Assembly: GCA_008933805.1 (NCBI GenBank)
Contig: WBUH01000005.1
Span: 128,822-192,821 of the forward strand
Direction: 5' to 3'
Source: Bacteroidota bacterium
GTDB lineage: Bacteria; Bacteroidota; Bacteroidia; UBA8524
Length of the DNA: 64,000 nt
Shown: positions 57,597-64,000 of the stretch, piece by piece
Numbering within the stretch: position 1 is the stretch's first letter
How the letters are laid out: every line of letters starts with the position of its first letter
Position numbers and translations under genes: made by a program
Notes under the pieces: model-generated
The model's input: only the letters and a program-made list of their open reading frames with translations
Told to the model about the DNA's origin: nothing
The model's database searches: none

Positions 57597-59903
57597 TTAC
57601 CAGCCGCCACCGCCGCCACCGCCTCTGCCACCGCCACTATACCCCGAACCTTTTGACGCACTGCCTGAATTAGTAGATTTTGAGACTGAACTTTTTGAGC
57701 TATTGCTTTCCGAGGCTCGTAGAGCTTCCGCTTCTATTTCTTTCTTTTTATAATCCACTAACTGCTTCAACTCTTCTGTCCTTCTGCTCAACATTTCAGC
57801 GGCAGCCCTGTCGCTACTATGCCTGAAAATTGTCAAATCAGGTCTATGTTTCTCTTCGCTTTCAGTAGTATTACTGTTGAGTTCCTCTGTTATTTCAGTC
57901 AACCTTCTTTGATAAAAGTTACTGTAATCAACCCCCCAACTTCTTCTCATACTGTTTGATAACAGATAATAACCACCGGTAGAGTAAACAACGCTGTTTA
58001 CCATTGTATTCTCTGCAAACCCGTCTGCTTCCAATGATTTCTTAATCGAATTTCCAAACGCAGAGGTCCATTCCTTTAAGCAATCTAAGGCAATTGCATA
58101 GGGCAACATTTTCTCAGGCACAAAATCCGCGTTAGGCTTGTTAATAGTGTTCATCCGCTGCGAGTCGGCAGTCGCTAAAAACATTCTCAGCCCCAAAATT
58201 TTGTTCAACAATGTTTCACCCGCTTGCGTGTACTTGGTATATCTTAAATCCAAAAGTTTGTGAACCAAGGCACACAACACAATTCCGGTTAAATAATACA
58301 CAAAGGTTAACGCCGAAGGCTTATAGTGAATAGTCATTAATAAAACTGAAATTGCCAATGAAACGCCGATTAGAACACGTCCCCATATTTGCCCGCCTCT
58401 TTTATAGACAAACAATGCAGCATTCTTATTTTTTGAGTCACAATACCTTTTCACCTGTGCATCAAAATAGGCAACTTCTTCACTTGCCTTGTCCGGCTTA
58501 ATATGGCCCGTCACAATTATTTCGGCATCCTCTATTAGCAGTTGTTCTGCCTCCTTACCGAAAGGTACTTTTTTATCAGTAGCTGCAATTAAATAATTGC
58601 CGCTACCGCTGCTATCTGCCGAAATAGTCAGGTATTTATTTACAGCTAAGTTTACCAAACTTGCAATGGTTTGGGATGGCTCATACCCTTTGTGGTAAAT
58701 ATAGCCTGCAAGTGCCGGGTTTACATCGTCGGGGGCTGTAAACTCAGGCACTATATTGGCCTTATTTTTATTCGAAGCCTTTAGTTTTCTCCAACCAAGT
58801 ATTACAAGGTTTCTAATCAGTAACAGGATAGCAACCCATATCATAAAAAAGGGGCCGCTGTTAGAAAACAAAATAATTGACCATTCAGGTTCACGGGAAA
58901 TAATGCCTTCAGGGATTGAGCAAGCAATGGTTAACCCTTCATTCTTTAGCATTCCTCCGTTTGCAGCAAAAACAAGACTTGAGGTTTTCGCGTCAAATTT
59001 ACCGTAGCAGTCTTTGGCAGAATCTCCATATTTTCCGGTGTAGCAAGAGAAAGAGTTTACTGTTGACCCCTCAGGAAACTTAACTGCGCAACTAATACTG
59101 TCAATATCAAACTCCCAACCATTCCCATTTACGTTCCAATACAGTTCATCATACCCTTCACCATACTTAAATGGCCTTTTTACAGTATAAATTATTTTAT
59201 AAACATGACTGCCAAATGATAAAATGGAGTCAGGATTACCAATATATAGCAGTTTACTTCCTGCTTCAAAATCATCGTCATATTTTACAGGCTGGTTGTT
59301 CAAGAGGATGCTGTCAACCCTAACAATCATTTTAAAATTAAGTCCTGAGCCTATATCATAACTATCAGGTATATACCTGACAATTCCTTTATTTATAGAC
59401 CCTGTTTCTGTGTTTAAAACCGCTATGGTCTCCACAACACGCATGGTTCCATCCTGGCGGATTTCAAAATCGGCGTGAAATGATTGAATTTTATCTGCCG
59501 CCAAACCGGCCTCAAAAACACTTTTAAGGTCATCCATCGCCTTAATTGTTGCCTTTGCTATATGTTTAGTGAGTTTACCGAACTCTTTAGCCTTCCCTTT
59601 TTTTGTAGCTATGGACTCTTTGCCGGGTACTACGTCTGCTCTATACAAAACCTCATCCCAAACTTTTTTATTAAATCCTTCTTTAACAGAATTAAAATAT
59701 TTTTCGAATTTTTTATTATCGAATTTGGAATCAGAAATTTTATTTGAATACACTAAAATACTGGCATCTATCGCACTATCTATTTGATGATCTACACAAT
59801 AGTGAAGCTGTTTTCCGTTACCATCTAAATATTTTTGTGTTTGGCTATACGATACATTAAAAATACCAATAACCAGCAGCAGGAAAAGTAATACCCTCAT
59901 CAA
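57597..59903 (-). CDS. DUF2207-family membrane protein
   Basis: Signal peptide, a large extracytoplasmic domain, transmembrane helices, and a characteristic poly-Gly C-terminus (GGGRGGGGGGGW). Confidence 0.65.
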   Translation of the reverse strand: MMRVLLFLLLVIGIFNVSYSQTQKYLDGNGKQLHYCVDHQIDSAIDASILVYSNKISDSKFDNKKFEKYFNSVKEGFNKKVWDEVLYRADVVPGKESIATKKGKAKEFGKLTKHIAKATIKAMDDLKSVFEAGLAADKIQSFHADFEIRQDGTMRVVETIAVLNTETGSINKGIVRYIPDSYDIGSGLNFKMIVRVDSILLNNQPVKYDDDFEAGSKLLYIGNPDSILSFGSHVYKIIYTVKRPFKYGEGYDELYWNVNGNGWEFDIDSISCAVKFPEGSTVNSFSCYTGKYGDSAKDCYGKFDAKTSSLVFAANGGMLKNEGLTIACSIPEGIISREPEWSIILFSNSGPFFMIWVAILLLIRNLVILGWRKLKASNKNKANIVPEFTAPDDVNPALAGYIYHKGYEPSQTIASLVNLAVNKYLTISADSSGSGNYLIAATDKKVPFGKEAEQLLIEDAEIIVTGHIKPDKASEEVAYFDAQVKRYCDSKNKNAALFVYKRGGQIWGRVLIGVSLAISVLLMTIHYKPSALTFVYYLTGIVLCALVHKLLDLRYTKYTQAGETLLNKILGLRMFLATADSQRMNTINKPNADFVPEKMLPYAIALDCLKEWTSAFGNSIKKSLEADGFAENTMVNSVVYSTGGYYLLSNSMRRSWGVDYSNFYQRRLTEITEELNSNTTESEEKHRPDLTIFRHSSDRAAAEMLSRRTEELKQLVDYKKKEIEAEALRASESNSSKSSVSKSTNSGSASKGSGYSGGGRGGGGGGGW

Positions 59904-59907
59904 TTAA

Positions 59908-60462
59908 TTATTTATCGGTAAAGTTAACTTTAGGGACTTTCTTGGCTTCAGGGTCTTCTGTAAAAAACACTTCGGGCTTAAACCCGAACATCCCGGCGAT
60001 AAGCACCTTAGGAAATACCGCTATCGATTGATTGTACTCCCTAACAGTACCGTTAAAATACTTGCGAGCTTCTCTTATATGCTCTTCTGTTTCGGTTAGT
60101 GTGTCGTACAAATCTTTAAAATTTGAATCTGCTTTTAGCTCAGGATAGTTCTGCGATATAGCAAATACATTTCGCAAAGCCGAGCTAAGACCAATCGCTA
60201 CCTCGCCTTGCTCTTTTGCTCCAACTGCAGCAATACCCTTACTGTGCCACATAGAAATTTCTTTCAAAATCTCTTTCTCGTGCGAGGCGTACCCTTTTAC
60301 AGTTTCAACAAGATTCGGTATCAAATCAAGTCGTTGTTGTAAATATGCTCCCAAAGTGCTTTGGCCTTCATGCACCAAAATACGTTCCTTTACTAACTCG
60401 TTGTAAATACGTACTACAAAAAATAAAATAGCTAATAAAACAATTCCTAATACAACTACCAT
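59908..60462 (-). CDS. LemA-family protein
   Basis: N-terminal transmembrane segment and the LemA signature (YNELVKERI ... QRLDLIPNLV). A LemA gene is commonly paired with a DUF2207 gene. Confidence 0.85.
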   Translation of the reverse strand: MVVVLGIVLLAILFFVVRIYNELVKERILVHEGQSTLGAYLQQRLDLIPNLVETVKGYASHEKEILKEISMWHSKGIAAVGAKEQGEVAIGLSSALRNVFAISQNYPELKADSNFKDLYDTLTETEEHIREARKYFNGTVREYNQSIAVFPKVLIAGMFGFKPEVFFTEDPEAKKVPKVNFTDK

Positions 60463-60634
60463 TTTAATTACAGTGATTTTAAAGTGTAATAATACTCCAT
60501 TCTACTATTTAATACAAATAAAGCGATGGTTTAATACCCTTCATTGTTAAAAAAGTAAACGCCTAAAATGTAGAGATATACATTACTTTATAATTTTTTT
60601 TGAAACAAAAACATCCCGTGCCAATTACAGGGGG

Positions 60635-61030
60635 ATGATACTGATAAATAAAGGCACCAACAACTTGGTTATCTTCACTCTGAAGGAAAAAACCACCCGC
60701 CCCAATCCTAAATACCTCTTCGAGTTTAGTAACTCTCAAACTAACGAAAGTATTACTTGTATCGCAGCCGATACCTCTGACTACCCCGAGCGTTATAATA
60801 GTTTTGAGATAGTAGAAATTACCAGCCCCAGCCCGCTGCTAGCACAGGTAGAGCTTACCCCCTCAGGTTTTTGGGAATACAAGGTATATGCTCAAGACAG
60901 TGCTACAAACTTACAACCCGCCAATGCCGACGAACTGGTTGAAACAGGGTTAGCCTACGTGGTGGGCACCGCTGAAACCACCTATACTTATAATGACCAA
61001 CCCACTAACGCATTTATATACAATGGATAA
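60635..61030 (+). CDS. Hypothetical beta-rich protein of 131 aa (phage-like locus 3)
   Basis: ORF only. Overlaps the next gene by 8 nt. Confidence 0.35.
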   Translation: MILINKGTNNLVIFTLKEKTTRPNPKYLFEFSNSQTNESITCIAADTSDYPERYNSFEIVEITSPSPLLAQVELTPSGFWEYKVYAQDSATNLQPANADELVETGLAYVVGTAETTYTYNDQPTNAFIYNG

Positions 61031-62276
61031 GCAAAAACACTTTTTTACAACCTTGCAAGTGCCTACGTGGCATAAACCGCCCCGATTTAAGGAAAGCCGC
61101 CGTTTCGATTGGGTTAATTATGGTGAAGCGAACGATTACCCCGACTATCTGATAAATCTTTTTAACGGTTCGCCTACCCATCAAGCCATTGTGAGCGGCA
61201 AAAAAGATTATATTTTTGGTAAAGGGGTAGAAATACCCAATAGCCCAAACACCGCTGATGCTGCTAAACTGCAACAGTTAATTCACAGAGCCAACCGCTT
61301 CGAATCGTTGAACCAATTGCTTGAAAAATTGATTCTAGATTATGAGCTTTTTAATGGTTTCGCTGTAAAAATCTACCAAAACATTGTTACAGGTAAGATT
61401 AGCGAGATGTACCACGTAGATTGGGCTACTTGCCGTATCAACGAAGACGCATCGGTAATTTACACTTCAAAACAGTGGACTGAGCAACAGTCGCTAACGA
61501 ACAAGTTTGCTGGAAGTACCCGTCAACCGGAAGACTTAAGAGGCCTCCCCGCTTTCGATATCAACGTTCCTCAGCGTGAAAGCATTTTGTATTTCCGTGA
61601 GTATAGCCCACAAATGAAGGTGTATCCATTACCGGGTTATTTAGGTTGCAATGCTTCCATTGAAACCGAAATAGAAATCAGTAACTTTCATCTAAACAAC
61701 ATAAAAACAGGGTTTTCTGCAGGCACCCTGCTTACATTTACTAACGGTGTGCCCACCGAAGATGAGCAACGGGATATTGAACGTCAGGTAAAGCGCAAAG
61801 TGGCGGGAACGGATAATGCGGGTGAAATTATATTATACTTTACAGACGGTGTAGAAAGTACCCCTCAAATATTACAACTGCGCCCCAACGATCTTGATAA
61901 ACAGTACGACCAACTTAAACAAACAGTAATGGACACCATTTTTGTGGGTCATAAAGTTACCAGCCCAATGTTGTTTGGTGTTAGGGCACCCGGCCAACTG
62001 GGAGGAAGAAATGAACTAAGGGAAGCTTACGAATTGTTTCAAAACACCTACGTCAACAAACGCAGGCAAACTATTGAGCAATTGTTGAAAAACCTTGCTG
62101 AAACCAATGGCATCAGTACGCCATTATGCCTTACTCCAACCGAACCGATCGGTTTAGGAATGTTGTTGAGCGAGCAGGACATTAGTGAAGTACTTACTTC
62201 TGATGAAAAACGTCGCTACTTGGCACAAATAGGTTTCCCTATCACTGTCAGCGATCCATCAATTGCAGATAATTAA
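61023..62276 (+). CDS. Putative phage portal-like protein of 418 aa
   Basis: Size and context only. No P-loop is present, which argues against a terminase. Tentative. Confidence 0.3.
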   Translation: MDKQKHFFTTLQVPTWHKPPRFKESRRFDWVNYGEANDYPDYLINLFNGSPTHQAIVSGKKDYIFGKGVEIPNSPNTADAAKLQQLIHRANRFESLNQLLEKLILDYELFNGFAVKIYQNIVTGKISEMYHVDWATCRINEDASVIYTSKQWTEQQSLTNKFAGSTRQPEDLRGLPAFDINVPQRESILYFREYSPQMKVYPLPGYLGCNASIETEIEISNFHLNNIKTGFSAGTLLTFTNGVPTEDEQRDIERQVKRKVAGTDNAGEIILYFTDGVESTPQILQLRPNDLDKQYDQLKQTVMDTIFVGHKVTSPMLFGVRAPGQLGGRNELREAYELFQNTYVNKRRQTIEQLLKNLAETNGISTPLCLTPTEPIGLGMLLSEQDISEVLTSDEKRRYLAQIGFPITVSDPSIADN

Positions 62277-62317
62277 TCCATTACAAATTTTCTTACACTA
62301 TCAATTAGCAAATCCTT

Positions 62318-62893
62318 ATGGAACAGGTCTATTTTATATCCGCCGACAGGCTGAAAGAAGATACCGTGATTAATGAGAACACGGATAATAAGTTAATCTC
62401 ACCCACAATACTCATGGTGCAGGATATTTATATACAGGGTATTATCGGCACCTCATTATACAACGAGTTGAGAACTCAGGTAAAGGCCGACACTGTAACA
62501 GCCCTTAACCAAACATTGCTTAATGACTATTTACAACCGGCTATAAAACACTATTGTATGGCCGAACTGTGTCTGCCGCTTACGTATAAGTTCATGAATA
62601 AATCCATCGTAACAAAAAATAGCGAGAACAGTGTTACTGCCTCACCGGAACAACTAAGTCAGATAAAAAACTATTACCTGAACCATGCGGAATGGTACGC
62701 GAAACGTATTGTAAAATACCTGCAGCAAAATCAATCTAAATACCCTTTATGGCTGAGCGGAAATACTACTATTGATGCCATTCACCCAAGAATCAACACT
62801 TATCACACAGGTATGTTTTTGGGAAATACTCGTGGGAATTCATTCTCAACCTCATTACCTATTGATAACGGCGAAAACAATTGTTGCGAATAG
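62318..62893 (+). CDS. Hypothetical protein of 191 aa (phage-like locus 3)
   Basis: ORF only. Confidence 0.35.
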   Translation: MEQVYFISADRLKEDTVINENTDNKLISPTILMVQDIYIQGIIGTSLYNELRTQVKADTVTALNQTLLNDYLQPAIKHYCMAELCLPLTYKFMNKSIVTKNSENSVTASPEQLSQIKNYYLNHAEWYAKRIVKYLQQNQSKYPLWLSGNTTIDAIHPRINTYHTGMFLGNTRGNSFSTSLPIDNGENNCCE

Positions 62894-62962
62894 TTATGAA
62901 TGAAAAGAGAATAAAAAAAGAAAACATCCAAAAATTACTCAATTATCTAGAAAAGAAAGACC

Positions 62963-64000
62963 ATGCAGTTTCAGACAAAAAATCAGGTAATAACAAAACT
63001 AAGGCAACTGGCTGAAAGTCATTTACTAGTCCGTGGGTTTGGCTATGGTGACCGTTGGGAACTTGAATCAGCTATGACCAAAGTGGATGGTACAACAATC
63101 GGACTCACCCATCCTTCAAAGCAGCCGTTTATGTGGGTTACCCCCATAATAGCCCGTGTAACCGAAGGTAGTCTCTTTTATGATTTTGAAATAATTGTAG
63201 GCGACTTGGTGAAACGGGATGAAAGTAATGAACTGGAAGTGGAGAGTGATACTTTACTTATTTGTTTGGACATCCTCTCAAAACTAAACGATGAAAGCTA
63301 TGAATGGGCTCTTTCAAAGCAAAGTAATCTTCAACCCTTTACCGAAAAGTGGGACAGCGAATTTACGGGCCACATTATGAATGTATCGCTGGAGTTTATG
63401 TTTGATTATGACTATTGTCAAGTTCCATTTACACGTCCGGATGAAGACATCACTGCATTTCTTGCGGCTACAGGCATTGACGATGAAACACAAATATTTG
63501 CCATTACTTATTTAGTAACGCAACTAAAAGAAAACGGACTTTGGAACAAAATGCACGCTCTATACCCGTTTGTAGGCGGTACGGCAAATAGGCACAGTAT
63601 AAACCTAAAAAATCCGGCTCAGTATAAAATAACGTGGAGTCCAACGGGAGTGACCCACAACGCAAATGGTATAACCGGAGACGGAATAGCCGGCTATGGC
63701 GACACCGGTTATATTATCGCCGCTGCAAACAAAGACAACTTCCATATGTCAGCTTATATAAGGAATGATGTTAGTGCTGGGGCTAAATGTGCTATCGGAG
63801 GCACTAGTGACAGTAATGTAATTCAACTCTTACCGTTTCAAACGGGAAATCTCTTCCAATCTTCAATAAACCAAAATACTGCATCAACAGCTTCAAATGT
63901 TTCTTCGAAAGGAAATTATATAGGTAGTAGACTTGCCCCAAATCGTTCAATTGCGTATAAAAATGTCACAAAATTATTTGAAAACACCACTGTGAGTACT
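62963..64000 (+). CDS. Hypothetical protein, at least 346 aa, 3' end outside the window; phage structural-protein-like
   Basis: I translated this by hand from the ATG at 62963. There is no stop codon before the window end. The conserved-looking N-terminal domain is followed by a Gly/Ser/Thr/Asn-rich region typical of fibre or adaptor proteins. Confidence 0.4.
   Translation, partial: MQFQTKNQVITKLRQLAESHLLVRGFGYGDRWELESAMTKVDGTTIGLTHPSKQPFMWVTPIIARVTEGSLFYDFEIIVGDLVKRDESNELEVESDTLLICLDILSKLNDESYEWALSKQSNLQPFTEKWDSEFTGHIMNVSLEFMFDYDYCQVPFTRPDEDITAFLAATGIDDETQIFAITYLVTQLKENGLWNKMHALYPFVGGTANRHSINLKNPAQYKITWSPTGVTHNANGITGDGIAGYGDTGYIIAAANKDNFHMSAYIRNDVSAGAKCAIGGTSDSNVIQLLPFQTGNLFQSSINQNTASTASNVSSKGNYIGSRLAPNRSIAYKNVTKLFENTTVST

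Noticed and set aside
61023-62276. Large terminase assignment for the 418-aa protein
   Set aside because: No Walker A/P-loop (GxxxxGK[ST]) is present, so I kept only a tentative portal-like label.
17620-64000. A single contiguous prophage spanning the phage-like genes
   Set aside because: Intact core operons (purN, E2, fur-purA, iscSUA, mce-crp, tnaA) separate the phage-like loci, and no integrase or att repeat is visible. A dispersed or domesticated arrangement fits better, though a rearranged ancient prophage cannot be excluded without whole-genome context.

Overview
The window reads as a Bacteroidetes chromosome segment, by my visual estimate low-to-mid 40s %GC. Three lines of evidence point to Bacteroidetes: two large proteins with T9SS (type IX secretion system) C-terminal sorting domains, promoters matching the -33 TTG / -7 TAnnTTTG pattern, and many SpII-type lipoproteins. 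Most of the window is ordinary core metabolism. Purine biosynthesis purH, purN and purA lie at separate positions, with fur directly upstream of purA. Also present are a 2-oxoacid dehydrogenase E2, an iscS-iscU-iscA Fe-S operon, methylmalonyl-CoA epimerase, a Crp-family regulator, a tryptophanase-family lyase, inositol monophosphatase, a QueD/PTPS-family enzyme, two ECF sigma/anti-sigma pairs, a Fic protein, a DUF2207/LemA pair and a WD40-caspase fusion protein. Embedded among these core genes are at least three separate loci of phage-like structural genes. The first, at 22.3-25.2 kb, is a head-like module of a protease-like gene, a coiled-coil scaffold-like gene, a major-capsid-like gene and a tail-tube-like gene, preceded by an odd C/A-rich degenerate repeat. 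The second, at 37.7-44.3 kb, is a three-gene operon of 401, 979 and 809 aa whose last gene resembles a tape-measure protein. The third, from 60.6 kb to the window end, holds a portal-like gene of 418 aa plus flanking structural-looking genes. No integrase, terminase, lysis genes or att-like repeats are visible, and intact core operons separate the loci. That arrangement looks more like a dispersed or domesticated phage-derived particle system, reminiscent of a gene transfer agent, than a single prophage. Every phage-like assignment rests on gene size, order and sequence character only and needs a profile or structure search to confirm. Other sequence-level signals are a cluster of five strong hairpins at 17.76-17.96 kb, 40-nt perfect palindromes flanking the Fic gene, a 26-bp motif and 9-bp-periodic GATTTG repeats shared by the fur and isc promoter regions, and a four-member family of paralogous lipoproteins.
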